A DNA stretch of 64,000 nucleotides, from assembly GCA_963820525.1 (NCBI GenBank), contig CAWGAA010000001.1, forward strand, positions 800,001-864,000, written 5' to 3'. Made by a program: the position numbers and the translations under genes. This DNA comes from an uncultured Spirochaetota bacterium. Its GTDB lineage: Bacteria > Spirochaetota > Spirochaetia > SZUA-6 > Fen-1364. Under the pieces are notes generated by a model. It was not told where the DNA came from and ran no database searches. It saw only the letters and a program-made list of their open reading frames with translations. Of the stretch, positions 1-10,502 are shown piece by piece (position 1 is the stretch's first letter; every line of letters starts with the position of its first letter).

Positions 1-83
1 ATATTCTGGCGGACTAATAGATTAGAAGATTTCTGGTTTGAAGAGAAAGAAAAGAAGGAATTATTGTTAAGAAAAGAGTGTCT

Positions 84-197
84 GCCTAACATGCTGTTGG
101 AGTTGACCGCCCAGGTTCCTGGCCTTTCTATAGATCTATTTTGCTAGGGTTCCTGTGGTTTCTGATTCGGGGCGGCAACTCAACAGCGTCGTTATGT
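84..197 (+). repeat. attC site 1
   Basis: GCCTAAC ATGCTGTTGGAGTTGACCGCC...GGCGGCAACTCAACAGCGTC GTTATGT. Confidence 0.9.
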
Positions 198-679
198 GCT
201 TTTGAGGATCAAAAACAGTGGACTATTTTGAAAGCATAATAAAAACTCTTCTTGAACATGATGGTTATTGGGTGAGATCTTCTTTCAAAGTAAATCTTAC
301 AAAAGCTGAGAAAAGATATATTGGTAAACCTTCAATTCCACGACCAGAAATCGATCTTCTCGCTTATAAGCCATCTGATAATCAATTGCTCGTACTTGAA
401 GCAAAATCCTTCCTTGATTCGCTGGGGGTCCAACTCAAAGATTTGAAAGAATCATTCCCAATTCCTGAAGGAAGATATAAACTATTTACATGTGATAAAT
501 ATAGAGAAACAATAATATCAAGACTAATAAAAGATCTTTTAGAATTGGGAATGATAAAGAGTAACCCAAAGGTTCGTCTAGGATTAGTCGCAGGAAAGAT
601 ACGTCAAAATAAAACGGTAGAATTTCAGAAATATATGGAGAAAAGAGGTTGGTTCTTCTGGTCTCCATCAATTATTAGG

Positions 680-2621
680 CCCATCTTCGACACTTTGACC
701 CATCTTCGACACTTTGAGCGTCTCCAGGAAGCCGTACCCCTCGAATTTGCAGGGAATTTGAAGGTTTTTTTACAACCGGACCACTTTATGTAGTGCCACG
801 GAATTGGCAATTTATGAAGAAAATACTTGCATAGATGCCATCTTCATGGTAGTATCCGTAGAGGGGGGGCAGGCAATGTTCGTCCGCATCAAGAACTCGC
901 ACGGATACAAGTACCTTCAGATCGTTGAAAGCAAGCGTGAGGGCAAAAAGGTCAAACAACGTGTCCTCACCACCCTCGGCCAACTGGATGCACTCACCGC
1001 ATCAGGCAAGATCGATGCCCTCACCCGATCGCTGGCGAAGTTCTCCTCGATTCGAACGATCATCGATGCTCACCGCGAGGGCACCATCCAAGCGCACCGC
1101 ACACTGTCCATCGGTCCCGCCCTTCTCTTCGACCGATTGTGGCAGCAGTTGGGGATCAAAGAGGCGATAAAGGGCCAAGTGGCCGCTCGCCCATGGCGCT
1201 TCTCCTTGGAACGGGCGATCTTCCTCACCGTGCTGCACCGCCTCTTCGATCCGGGAAGCGACCGCGCGGCAGAGCGCTGGAAAGAGGATTTCCAGATCAG
1301 CGGGACAGAGGGAATCGAGCTTCATCACCTCTACCGCGCCATGGGCTGGCTGGGAGAACAGAGCATCCAGCTCGGCCATGATGCGCGAAGCCTGCGATGC
1401 CGAAAGGACCTCATCGAAGAGGAGCTTTTTCGCCGTAACCGCGATCTGTTCAGCGAGTTGGAGCTGGTGTTCTTCGACACCACGAGCCTGTACTTCGAGG
1501 GGCAAGGGGGAGAAAGCCTGGGACAGTACGGGCACAGCAAGGACCACAGACCCGACCTGAAACAGATGGTGGTCGGCGCGGTGCTGGACGGGGCAGGGCG
1601 GCCGATCTGCTGCGAGCTGTGGCCAGGGAACCTCACCGATGTCACCTCCCTTATCCCGGTGGTCGAGCGACTGAAGAGCCGCTTCGCAATCGCTTCGGTA
1701 TGCGTGGTGGCAGACCGCGGGATGATAAGCGCAGAGACGATCGAGAAACTTGAAACTGATGAGCTTGGCATGTCCTACATCCTGGGAGCGCGCATGCGCA
1801 AGGACAAGACGGTACGCGATGAAGTGCTTCCTTCCTCTGAGAAGTTCCAAGTAGTCACAGGAGAGAAGAAGAAGCCTGGGGATCCCTCCCCCCTATCGGT
1901 GCGGGAGCAGTGGGTGGGGGATAGGCGTTACATCGTGTGTTACAACGAGGATCAGGCCCGAAAGGATGCCGCGGACAGAAAGGCCATCGTGGAGTCTTTG
2001 AAAGAGAAGCTCAAAAGCGGGGACAAGAGCCTCGTGGGCAATAAGGGCTACAGGCGATACCTGAAGTCCGCTGGAAAGGAGCACTTCACCGTCGACGAGG
2101 CGAAGCTCGCGAAGGAGCAGCTGTTCGACGGCATGTGGGTGCTGCGCACCAATACCGCGTTTGCCGCCGCGGATGTGGCACTGAAGTACAAGCAGCTGTG
2201 GATGGTGGAATCGATATTCCGTTCGGCCAAGAGTCTTCTGGAGACCCGCCCTATCTATCACAAAGTTGACGACACCATCCGGGGGCACGTGTTCTGTAGT
2301 TTCCTCGCCTTGGTTCTTCGAAAAGAGCTGGAAACCAGACTTGAGAAGCACGGGGACAAGCTGGAGTGGGCGGATATCAATAGGGACCTTCGAGCACTGC
2401 AGGAGGTGGAAGTGGAAATGCATGGCAAAAAGCTGTATCTGCGCACCGACCTTCGCGGGGTATGCCACACGGTATTGCAGGCCGCGGGTGTCGCAGTGCC
2501 GCAGACGGTTCGCGAATAAGAGCTACCACGGAGGAAGTTGATCTGTAGTGCCAACAGAATTTCCGTGTCTTCTAATTCCTTATAGGGTAAACATTTCATT
2601 TTTCAAAGTGTCGAAGATGGG
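680..2621 (+). mobile_element. IS1634-family insertion sequence
   Basis: 19 bp terminal IR CCCATCTTCGACACTTTGA (680-698 / 2603-2621); 5 bp target duplication TTAGG (675-679, 2622-2626). Confidence 0.9.
876..2519 (+). CDS. IS1634-family DDE transposase
   Basis: FFDTTSLYFEG, GHSKDHRPDLKQ, VADRGM, YKQLWMVESIFR motifs. Confidence 0.9.
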   Translation: MFVRIKNSHGYKYLQIVESKREGKKVKQRVLTTLGQLDALTASGKIDALTRSLAKFSSIRTIIDAHREGTIQAHRTLSIGPALLFDRLWQQLGIKEAIKGQVAARPWRFSLERAIFLTVLHRLFDPGSDRAAERWKEDFQISGTEGIELHHLYRAMGWLGEQSIQLGHDARSLRCRKDLIEEELFRRNRDLFSELELVFFDTTSLYFEGQGGESLGQYGHSKDHRPDLKQMVVGAVLDGAGRPICCELWPGNLTDVTSLIPVVERLKSRFAIASVCVVADRGMISAETIEKLETDELGMSYILGARMRKDKTVRDEVLPSSEKFQVVTGEKKKPGDPSPLSVREQWVGDRRYIVCYNEDQARKDAADRKAIVESLKEKLKSGDKSLVGNKGYRRYLKSAGKEHFTVDEAKLAKEQLFDGMWVLRTNTAFAAADVALKYKQLWMVESIFRSAKSLLETRPIYHKVDDTIRGHVFCSFLALVLRKELETRLEKHGDKLEWADINRDLRALQEVEVEMHGKKLYLRTDLRGVCHTVLQAAGVAVPQTVRE

Positions 2622-2736
2622 TTAGGAATAAAGTATTATCTCTTTCTGAAGAAGGATATGAAAATGATCCTTCAATAATTACTGCAAAAATATTGACGAA
2701 AAATCACAGATAAAGATATTAGTAAAAAAAGAAAGC

Positions 2737-2767
2737 ACATAACATGCTGTTGGAGTTGACCGCCTAG
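2737..2767 (+). repeat. attC site 2 (left half only; truncated at IS1380)
   Basis: ACATAAC ATGCTGTTGGAGTTGACCGCCTAG is followed directly by the IS1380 IR; the right half is absent beyond the IS. Confidence 0.85.
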
Positions 2768-4508
2768 CCCACATTTCTCACAAATAGCGTAGCTGAATCT
2801 CAAGAACGCATAGAATGTGCTTCGGTACTATTGGGATGAATCTTCAAAGCTGCGGGAGACTCCGAAACCCACTTTTCAGATGTTTCAAGATCTCCTGCAT
2901 GCCACATTCCGTGAAAAACGTCTTGAACTGTCCACAGAAGTGGACCTCAGGGCATAAGGATCCCGCTGAGCTTATGCCTCGAGTGGGTAGTTCAGCTACC
3001 CTGTCTGAAATACAGCCGTTCTGATTCGATAGATCGCCTGACGGAAGAGCTCTTGGTAGGGATAGCCGCTTGCGAAGCTCACATAGATGCGACGTACGCT
3101 CAGACGGACCTGCGCGCCGATCTTCAACACCTTCAGCCGAATCGTGTCACACTGCGCAGTGGCAAGCTCCGTACCCTTCAAGGCAATCCTTCGCAACGCG
3201 CTCATGATCAGGTATGCCACGGAGGAAAACCACAACCGCAGCTGGTTTGCCCTCATCGTCGCGGAGCTGGTCCGGTCCGCGAAAAGGTAGAGTTGTTGTT
3301 CCTTGATACGGTTTTCCATGTCCCCTCGGGCGCAGTATAGATCCTCATAGAGTGCTTGAGCAGGGAACCGGTCCTGAGGGAGGGAGGTGACGACAAACCG
3401 CGGGTTCTCCCCCTTGAGCAGGTACTCCGCTTTGGCAACAACGCGCCTGCTTTTCGACCAGGTCTTCTTCGTGCGGTACATCAACTCGGCGTATCTTCGC
3501 TGCGGCAGCCCCGTGGATATGCACTGCCGCCTGGATTCGGATAGTTGCCGACGGATCTTGCGCAACAAACGCTGGTTTTTCGCGATTCCGAACAGGAAAT
3601 CCACGTCGTTTCCCTCGCACCAGCTCATGATCGCTTCACGGCAGAACCCGCTGTCTGCCCGTGCAATAATGCGCACATCAGGCCACCGCTCCCGGATCTG
3701 GGCCACGATTCTGGCCAACTCCACCTCGGCGCCCGCGCTGGCATCTATATTCGAAGGGCGCAACTTTGCGCACAAGAGATGGTCGCCGCAGAAGATGTAC
3801 AGCGGCAGGTAGCAGTAGCAATCGTAGTAGCCATGGAAGAACCTGCCTTCCTGCTCCCCATGCACGGGATCGTCGGTGGCATCAAGATCAAGCACGATTT
3901 CCGCGGGGGGCTGCTGGAAGGAGTCCAGAAAGGCATTCACCAGGAACATCTCCACCATAGTATGGTTGACCGTGATTTTCTTGTACCGGTGTGTGAATAG
4001 ACTCGTCCCGCCGCTTGTCTCTAAACGGTTCAGGGTGCTCTTTCCGGCAAGAGCGTTTCCCTTATCCCGGTTCTGCCGTCTGTTTTCCCCGCTCACATCC
4101 AGTTTCCCGCACACGGCGGCAAGAACGGGATCTTTTCTCAGCCGGTCATGATCGTTGAGGTCTTCGTAGCCAAGGCATATGCCGAATACTCTTTGGCTGA
4201 TCAATTCCTCAACCGTGTGTTCGATATAGCCTTTCTCGCGGTAGTCGGTAAAGCAGTCAGCAAACGCCTTTATGAATCCCGTGGCCTGCTCAAGCTCTCT
4301 GAGAATAAGCGCGCCGGCATCTGAGCTGATCGTGCCCCCATCGAAGTTAGCGACGACCTTTTTCTCTCCGAGGTCTTGAAAGCTGAATAAGGATGGAGTA
4401 CAGTCTGTTTGCATCGTTTGGCCTTTCATTCCTTGTATATTCTGTTTGTGGCAAAGCAATTATACCAGAGTGAAAGGCCTTTTTGTATCTATTTGTGAGA
4501 AATGCGGG
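2768..4508 (-). mobile_element. IS1380-family IS, copy 1
   Basis: IRs CCC(A/G)CATTTCTCACAAAT; reverse complement of copy 2; flanks CTAG / CTAA. Confidence 0.92.
2996..4414 (-). CDS. IS1380-family transposase
   Basis: FDGGTISSDAG, LDLDATDDPVHGEQEG, RADSGF, YCARGDMENRIKEQQ. Confidence 0.92.
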   Translation of the reverse strand: MQTDCTPSLFSFQDLGEKKVVANFDGGTISSDAGALILRELEQATGFIKAFADCFTDYREKGYIEHTVEELISQRVFGICLGYEDLNDHDRLRKDPVLAAVCGKLDVSGENRRQNRDKGNALAGKSTLNRLETSGGTSLFTHRYKKITVNHTMVEMFLVNAFLDSFQQPPAEIVLDLDATDDPVHGEQEGRFFHGYYDCYCYLPLYIFCGDHLLCAKLRPSNIDASAGAEVELARIVAQIRERWPDVRIIARADSGFCREAIMSWCEGNDVDFLFGIAKNQRLLRKIRRQLSESRRQCISTGLPQRRYAELMYRTKKTWSKSRRVVAKAEYLLKGENPRFVVTSLPQDRFPAQALYEDLYCARGDMENRIKEQQLYLFADRTSSATMRANQLRLWFSSVAYLIMSALRRIALKGTELATAQCDTIRLKVLKIGAQVRLSVRRIYVSFASGYPYQELFRQAIYRIRTAVFQTG

Positions 4509-4563
4509 CTAAGATATATGCTTTGATCCGAACTGACTTCCATTTCATCAAAGGAGGATAAAT

Positions 4564-5115
4564 ATGCCTTCAAGAGATGATTTCCTTCGAGAATATTTCC
4601 TACAAACCCGACGCGAGATTGACGCGGAAAAGTCTTCTAGAGATCAAATATTAAATTTCGTTATCATATCGCTTGGCGCAATCGGCTTTGCAATTTTTCA
4701 AAGCAGCAATATATTGTCAAATCCACATTCCATAGCAGTTGAATCATCATTGTTAGTTTTTATTACGTCCTTATTTTGGCTACGGCGAAAGAAACTTCAA
4801 CAGATATCAGACAGATGGATTGTTTTGGAGGGGCTGCTACATACAAGAATTAGATTCTTGCCTATAGAAAATAGTCTAGAGACTATTGTTCTTCAAGGCT
4901 TAAAATCTTTCAAATATTCCATTAAAGATTTTATTCTTTGTATTTGCGTTTCTTGTCCTATATATGCTGTTATTGTTTTTTCTTTGACAACCTGGATATC
5001 ACTTCCAACAAATATACTTATTACTGTCGGCATTATTCTTTTTCATGCCTCAATCTTATGGTATATCCTGATTTATCGCCTTTCTTATAAAAGAATCTAT
5101 AATAAATCAAATTGA
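4564..5115 (+). CDS. Hypothetical multi-pass membrane protein (cassette gene)
   Basis: RBS AAGGAGG; about 4 hydrophobic segments; AT-rich; followed by attC. Confidence 0.8.
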   Translation: MPSRDDFLREYFLQTRREIDAEKSSRDQILNFVIISLGAIGFAIFQSSNILSNPHSIAVESSLLVFITSLFWLRRKKLQQISDRWIVLEGLLHTRIRFLPIENSLETIVLQGLKSFKYSIKDFILCICVSCPIYAVIVFSLTTWISLPTNILITVGIILFHASILWYILIYRLSYKRIYNKSN

Positions 5116-5160
5116 TGTTAAGATCCGCCGCATAACATGCTGTTGGAGTTGACCGCCTAG

Positions 5161-6901
5161 CCCGCATTTCTCACAAATAGATACAAAAAGGCCTTTCACT
5201 CTGGTATAATTGCTTTGCCACAAACAGAATATACAAGGAATGAAAGGCCAAACGATGCAAACAGACTGTACTCCATCCTTATTCAGCTTTCAAGACCTCG
5301 GAGAGAAAAAGGTCGTCGCTAACTTCGATGGGGGCACGATCAGCTCAGATGCCGGCGCGCTTATTCTCAGAGAGCTTGAGCAGGCCACGGGATTCATAAA
5401 GGCGTTTGCTGACTGCTTTACCGACTACCGCGAGAAAGGCTATATCGAACACACGGTTGAGGAATTGATCAGCCAAAGAGTATTCGGCATATGCCTTGGC
5501 TACGAAGACCTCAACGATCATGACCGGCTGAGAAAAGATCCCGTTCTTGCCGCCGTGTGCGGGAAACTGGATGTGAGCGGGGAAAACAGACGGCAGAACC
5601 GGGATAAGGGAAACGCTCTTGCCGGAAAGAGCACCCTGAACCGTTTAGAGACAAGCGGCGGGACGAGTCTATTCACACACCGGTACAAGAAAATCACGGT
5701 CAACCATACTATGGTGGAGATGTTCCTGGTGAATGCCTTTCTGGACTCCTTCCAGCAGCCCCCCGCGGAAATCGTGCTTGATCTTGATGCCACCGACGAT
5801 CCCGTGCATGGGGAGCAGGAAGGCAGGTTCTTCCATGGCTACTACGATTGCTACTGCTACCTGCCGCTGTACATCTTCTGCGGCGACCATCTCTTGTGCG
5901 CAAAGTTGCGCCCTTCGAATATAGATGCCAGCGCGGGCGCCGAGGTGGAGTTGGCCAGAATCGTGGCCCAGATCCGGGAGCGGTGGCCTGATGTGCGCAT
6001 TATTGCACGGGCAGACAGCGGGTTCTGCCGTGAAGCGATCATGAGCTGGTGCGAGGGAAACGACGTGGATTTCCTGTTCGGAATCGCGAAAAACCAGCGT
6101 TTGTTGCGCAAGATCCGTCGGCAACTATCCGAATCCAGGCGGCAGTGCATATCCACGGGGCTGCCGCAGCGAAGATACGCCGAGTTGATGTACCGCACGA
6201 AGAAGACCTGGTCGAAAAGCAGGCGCGTTGTTGCCAAAGCGGAGTACCTGCTCAAGGGGGAGAACCCGCGGTTTGTCGTCACCTCCCTCCCTCAGGACCG
6301 GTTCCCTGCTCAAGCACTCTATGAGGATCTATACTGCGCCCGAGGGGACATGGAAAACCGTATCAAGGAACAACAACTCTACCTTTTCGCGGACCGGACC
6401 AGCTCCGCGACGATGAGGGCAAACCAGCTGCGGTTGTGGTTTTCCTCCGTGGCATACCTGATCATGAGCGCGTTGCGAAGGATTGCCTTGAAGGGTACGG
6501 AGCTTGCCACTGCGCAGTGTGACACGATTCGGCTGAAGGTGTTGAAGATCGGCGCGCAGGTCCGTCTGAGCGTACGTCGCATCTATGTGAGCTTCGCAAG
6601 CGGCTATCCCTACCAAGAGCTCTTCCGTCAGGCGATCTATCGAATCAGAACGGCTGTATTTCAGACAGGGTAGCTGAACTACCCACTCGAGGCATAAGCT
6701 CAGCGGGATCCTTATGCCCTGAGGTCCACTTCTGTGGACAGTTCAAGACGTTTTTCACGGAATGTGGCATGCAGGAGATCTTGAAACATCTGAAAAGTGG
6801 GTTTCGGAGTCTCCCGCAGCTTTGAAGATTCATCCCAATAGTACCGAAGCACATTCTATGCGTTCTTGAGATTCAGCTACGCTATTTGTGAGAAATGTGG
6901 G
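5161..6901 (+). mobile_element. IS1380-family IS, copy 2
   Basis: Terminal IRs and 4 bp CTAG duplication (5157-5160, 6902-6905). Confidence 0.92.
5255..6673 (+). CDS. IS1380-family transposase
   Basis: Same protein as 2996-4414. Confidence 0.92.
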   Translation: MQTDCTPSLFSFQDLGEKKVVANFDGGTISSDAGALILRELEQATGFIKAFADCFTDYREKGYIEHTVEELISQRVFGICLGYEDLNDHDRLRKDPVLAAVCGKLDVSGENRRQNRDKGNALAGKSTLNRLETSGGTSLFTHRYKKITVNHTMVEMFLVNAFLDSFQQPPAEIVLDLDATDDPVHGEQEGRFFHGYYDCYCYLPLYIFCGDHLLCAKLRPSNIDASAGAEVELARIVAQIRERWPDVRIIARADSGFCREAIMSWCEGNDVDFLFGIAKNQRLLRKIRRQLSESRRQCISTGLPQRRYAELMYRTKKTWSKSRRVVAKAEYLLKGENPRFVVTSLPQDRFPAQALYEDLYCARGDMENRIKEQQLYLFADRTSSATMRANQLRLWFSSVAYLIMSALRRIALKGTELATAQCDTIRLKVLKIGAQVRLSVRRIYVSFASGYPYQELFRQAIYRIRTAVFQTG

Positions 6902-6984
6902 CTAGGCTACGCGCTGTGACCACTAACTATGCGCGTTGAAGCCTTTGTACTTGGATGATTCGGGGCGGCAACTCAACAGCGTCG

Positions 6985-7275
6985 TTATCTCCATCTAGAT
7001 TTATATTGATTAGCAAATAAGCAACGAATTATCAATTCAAGAATATTTGATAAGACGTTTTTCAATATTTTGCTTTCCCATGATGGCGTTGGCATTGGGC
7101 GGGAAGGATGGCGGTGTTGTACTAGTTTGCCTGCTTGTTTTTAGGTTCAACACACTGCGCGTCACCTTGGCTTATTGTCACCGATTACACTATTGGGCTC
7201 GGATCAAGCTCCTTTAATTGATTCGATTGCTCTTTTTCTGCTTTCCTCAACGCCATCATACCGGATGGAGATAAC
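6985..7275 (+). ncRNA. ORF-less cassette A (candidate structured RNA 7080-7259)
   Basis: Lies between two attC; 12 bp closing stem ATGATGGCGTTG/CAACGCCATCAT plus two inner hairpins; member of a 7-copy family. Confidence 0.55.
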
Positions 7276-7382
7276 ATGTCGTTGCAGCTGACCGCCCAAG
7301 CTACGCGCCGTTATTCGAAACTACGCGCGCTCAGGTATTTCCTCTTTTTGAGGCGGGGCGGCAGCTGAACTCCTTGTTGTGC
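7269..7382 (+). repeat. attC site 4
   Basis: AGATAAC ATGTCGTTGCAGCTGACCGCCC...GGGCGGCAGCTGAACTCCTT GTTGTGC. Confidence 0.9.
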
Positions 7383-7463
7383 GGGCTCTACGGCTCTGTG
7401 GGGGCGGCACCTTTCGTGAATGCTCGAGTGGTCATCGACCGTCCCTTCCCGAGGGAGGTAATC

Positions 7464-7988
7464 ATGATACGTCAGTCGCGGCCTGTTGATTTCGATGCGA
7501 TCTACACGATCATCAACAATGCAGCAATTGCCTACAAAGGTATCATTCCAGACGACAGATGGCACGATCCCTATATGACTCGGGCGGAGCTGCATGAGCA
7601 AATTGACGGCGGCGTAAAGTTCTCCTGCTACTGTGAAGATGATGAGGTTCTTGGCGTAATGGGGATCCAGGACAAGAATGACGTCTTTCTAATACGGCAT
7701 GCATATGTTCTTACAACCAGCCGGAACAAGGGAATTGGAACAAAGCTCCTAAAGGAACTAACACGCAACTCGGAAAAACCTGTTTTGATCGGAACCTGGA
7801 AAGCCGCAACATGGGCAATTGGCTTCTATCTTAAGAATGATTTCAAGCTTGTCACGGAAGAAGAGAAGGGAGTTCTGTTGAGGAAGTACTGGAGTATTCC
7901 GGAAAGGCAAGTTGAAACCTCAGTGGTTCTTGCAGATGGAAAGTATGAAAAGGCAAAAGCCAAGCTCTTATCGCCAGGTTCAGGCTGA
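7464..7988 (+). CDS. GNAT family N-acetyltransferase (cassette gene)
   Basis: RBS GGAGG; acetyl-CoA motif A YVLTTSRNKGIGTKLL; AIGFYLKNDF. Confidence 0.88.
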   Translation: MIRQSRPVDFDAIYTIINNAAIAYKGIIPDDRWHDPYMTRAELHEQIDGGVKFSCYCEDDEVLGVMGIQDKNDVFLIRHAYVLTTSRNKGIGTKLLKELTRNSEKPVLIGTWKAATWAIGFYLKNDFKLVTEEEKGVLLRKYWSIPERQVETSVVLADGKYEKAKAKLLSPGSG

Positions 7989-8063
7989 AATGACCTTAGC
8001 AGGCATGATCGAATAGCCCTATCTATGTGGACATCGCCGTAGGATCAGGGCTTAAGGAGAGCC

Positions 8064-8179
8064 GCACAACAAGTCGTTGAAGCCGACCCCTTGACATCCG
8101 GCTGAAAGTGGGGCAGCGGATTCGTAAAAGCCGTCACGGTTGATCTGATGCGGCGGGGCGGCTTAACTCCATGTTACAC
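8064..8179 (+). repeat. attC site 5 (divergent type)
   Basis: GCACAAC AAGTCGTTGAAGCCGACCCC...GGGGCGGCTTAACTCCAT GTTACAC. Confidence 0.85.
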
Positions 8180-8264
8180 CCACCCAAAGCTCTTCACTTA
8201 TTGATATCTAATTTATTGCAAAGTAGATTCAAATACTTTTCTATCTTAAAGAAGGGGGTTTTAC

Positions 8265-8801
8265 ATGAAACGTACTCTTGCTGGTCTTTGTCTTTTACTC
8301 ACTGTTTTTACTGGATGTGCAACAATGAAAGAGAGAGAAAATTCGAGTTCCTCTTTTATAATTGCATATTTTAAGCCTCCTGAAGGAGATAGATTTGGAG
8401 GTGGTGATATTCGTCCTTTTGGACAAGTTATTGCCGCGCCTTTACAATATAGTTCTTTAGATGAAGGTTATTATTATGCAGCAAATGTCTCTCCAGGAAA
8501 GTATTACATTCAATCCGTAGACATGTTCTCCCTTTTAGGAAGAAAGACAAAGTATTATTTTGGAACAGTACAGATAGGTGGGTATGAGCAATCATCATTT
8601 ACTGTTGGATCTAACGAAGTTAAATTTCTTGGAGCTTTTACTTTTAAAGAAACCGGCAAAGTAGACATTTTCGGTGTACACGAATCAAAGATTGTTATGG
8701 ATAATAATATAACCGCCAAGGACTGCATTAAATATATTCTTAACAAGATAACGGCTGCTACCTGGAAACAAAGACTTACTGAAGAATTGAATAGATTATA
8801 A
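8265..8801 (+). CDS. Hypothetical lipoprotein (cassette gene)
   Basis: Signal peptide with lipobox FTGC. Confidence 0.8.
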   Translation: MKRTLAGLCLLLTVFTGCATMKERENSSSSFIIAYFKPPEGDRFGGGDIRPFGQVIAAPLQYSSLDEGYYYAANVSPGKYYIQSVDMFSLLGRKTKYYFGTVQIGGYEQSSFTVGSNEVKFLGAFTFKETGKVDIFGVHESKIVMDNNITAKDCIKYILNKITAATWKQRLTEELNRL

Positions 8802-8903
8802 AATCCTCATGTACTCTTTTCCTTTAGCTCTATTTCTATATAAATTATGACTCAAACCCCAAGATAATTAGAATTATTGAAAATCTGGTTTTTACTTGGT
8901 GGG

Positions 8904-9989
8904 CCTGAATTCAACCTCGAAGTGCAACGATTCTTATTTTTCATGATACACCTCCTGGGGCGTTCTGTAGCCGTGCCGTTTTCTAGGCCTTGAGTTTAGG
9001 CTAAAGGCAATCTGCTCGCATAGAGCTTGAGTGACATCCCTCATGCAGGTTTTCTTTGGAAGATACTGACGGATCAAACCGTTTAGGTTCTCGTTGCTGC
9101 CTCGCTCCCAGGAATGATAAGGCGTTGCAAAGTAGCATTTCAGTTCGGAATGATCCTCCAGGGTCCTGTAGTCATGGAATTCTGTACCGTTGTCCAAGGT
9201 GAGTGTCTTGAAGTTGGCTACGTTCTCCCTAATAGCCGGCAGTGCTGCCTCTGTTACTGAGGCTGCTGTTCTTGAGCTCATTTTCCTTATGATAGCAAAT
9301 CCCGACTTTCGTTCCACCAGAGTGAGGATGCAGTGATGAAGGTCCCTGCCCATGACGGTGTCGCCCTCCCAATGACCCAATTCTTTACGAGTTTCAACCT
9401 CTGGAGGCCTCGTTGAAATATGGCGTTTTCCTGGGAGAATTCCTCTTGAATCCCTTGAATTGTAACGTTTTCGCCGCAGTTTCGGCATGATTCGAAGGTT
9501 CTTAAATAGCGTTCCTCCATGTTTCTTATCGTTCAGGATGTACTTGTAGATGGTCTCGTGACTGATTGTGAATGATCCATTCTTCTTCTGGTAAGCAGAT
9601 ATCTGTTCAGGGCTCCATTTCTCTTTCAAAAGAACAGTTACTTGCTGCATTTGTTCTGGGCTGAAGCGCGAACCGCGCCTTTCACGTCGCCGTCTTGCAG
9701 TTGAATAGCTTTGGGCAAGCTCAGCTCGGTACCTCAAGTCATGGTTAGTTCGGTTTCGATGAAGTTCCCTGCTGATCGTGCTAGCTGAGCGACCTAGCTC
9801 ACGTGCAATGTCAGCTTTAGATCTTCGGCTTACTAAAAAAGCTGTTATGGTGTATCTTTCTTCTCGAGAGAGTTGGTGATAGTTATTCATGTATGAATCC
9901 CCTTTCTTGGCGGAAAATGGAGGCATACAATAATATCTCAGCTCTCTCATTTTTAATCCATATCGTTGCGCTTACTATTTGAACCTGCG
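8904..9989 (-). mobile_element. IS30-family IS, copy 1
   Basis: 28 bp imperfect IRs ending ..GCAACGAT; 3 bp GGG duplication; inserted in the attC R'' box. Confidence 0.9.
8934..9890 (-). CDS. IS30-family transposase
   Basis: LGHWEGDTV, TLTLDNGTEF, PYHSWERGSNENLNGLIRQYLPK. Confidence 0.95.
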   Translation of the reverse strand: MNNYHQLSREERYTITAFLVSRRSKADIARELGRSASTISRELHRNRTNHDLRYRAELAQSYSTARRRRERRGSRFSPEQMQQVTVLLKEKWSPEQISAYQKKNGSFTISHETIYKYILNDKKHGGTLFKNLRIMPKLRRKRYNSRDSRGILPGKRHISTRPPEVETRKELGHWEGDTVMGRDLHHCILTLVERKSGFAIIRKMSSRTAASVTEAALPAIRENVANFKTLTLDNGTEFHDYRTLEDHSELKCYFATPYHSWERGSNENLNGLIRQYLPKKTCMRDVTQALCEQIAFSLNSRPRKRHGYRTPQEVYHEK

Positions 9990-9991
9990 GG

Positions 9992-10107
9992 GTGTAACAT
10001 GCTGTTGGAGTTGACCGCCTAGGCTACGCTTCGTTACCAATAACTACGCGCGTTGAAGCCTTTGTACTTGTATGATTCGGGGCGGCAACTCAACAGCGTC
10101 GTTATAT
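9992..10107 (+). repeat. attC site 6
   Basis: GTGTAAC...GTTATAT with the family core. Confidence 0.9.
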
Positions 10108-10394
10108 CCAATCTAGATTTATATTGATTATCGAATAGGCAACGAATTAGTAATTCAATAAAAAGAGATAATACGTGTTTCAATAGCTTGTTTAACCATG
10201 ATGGCGTTGGCATTGCTCTGGAAGGATGGCGGTGTTGTACTAATGTTGCTTGCTTGCTCTTAGTTTCAATACACTGCACGTCACCGTGGCTTAATGGTCA
10301 ACGATTTCATTATAGGGCTCGGATCAAGCTCTTTCTCTTGAAACAACAACTCTTTTCTGTTGTCCTCAACGCCATCATACTGGATGGATATAAC
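10102..10394 (+). ncRNA. ORF-less cassette B (candidate structured RNA 10198-10378)
   Basis: Same conserved stems as cassette A. Confidence 0.55.
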
Positions 10395-10502
10395 ATGCTG
10401 TTGGAGTTGTCCGCCTAGGCTACGCGTCGTTACTTATAGCTACGTTTGCTAGGGTTCCTTCGGTTGCTGATTCGGGGCGGCAACTCAACAGCGTCGTTAT
10501 CT
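10388..10502 (+). repeat. attC site 7
   Basis: ATATAAC...GTTATCT. Confidence 0.9.

Larger units (their letters stand above)
218..2713 (+). pseudogene. Putative PD-(D/E)XK nuclease cassette gene split by IS1634 (218-679 joined to 2627-2713)
   Basis: EIDLLAY...LLVLEAKS motif; removing the IS and one TTAGG restores ...SPSIIRNKVLSLSEEGYENDPSIITAKILTKNHR*. Confidence 0.75.
5130..6990 (+). repeat. attC site 3, interrupted by IS1380 copy 2
   Basis: GCATAAC..GACCGCCTAG [IS] CTAG GCTACG..CAACAGCGTC GTTATCT. Confidence 0.9.

Noticed and set aside
1..83. End of the preceding cassette gene
   Set aside because: Too short to assign a frame or product
218..793. 191 aa ORF as an intact gene
   Set aside because: The C-terminal part is read-through into IS1634; the true C-terminus is at 2627-2713
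6985..7275. Retron msr-msd or MITE interpretation of the ORF-less units
   Set aside because: No reverse transcriptase in the window; no target duplications; each unit is bounded exactly by attC recombination points
10188..10418. 76 aa + strand ORF in cassettes B and F
   Set aside because: Not conserved in the other five copies and runs into attC
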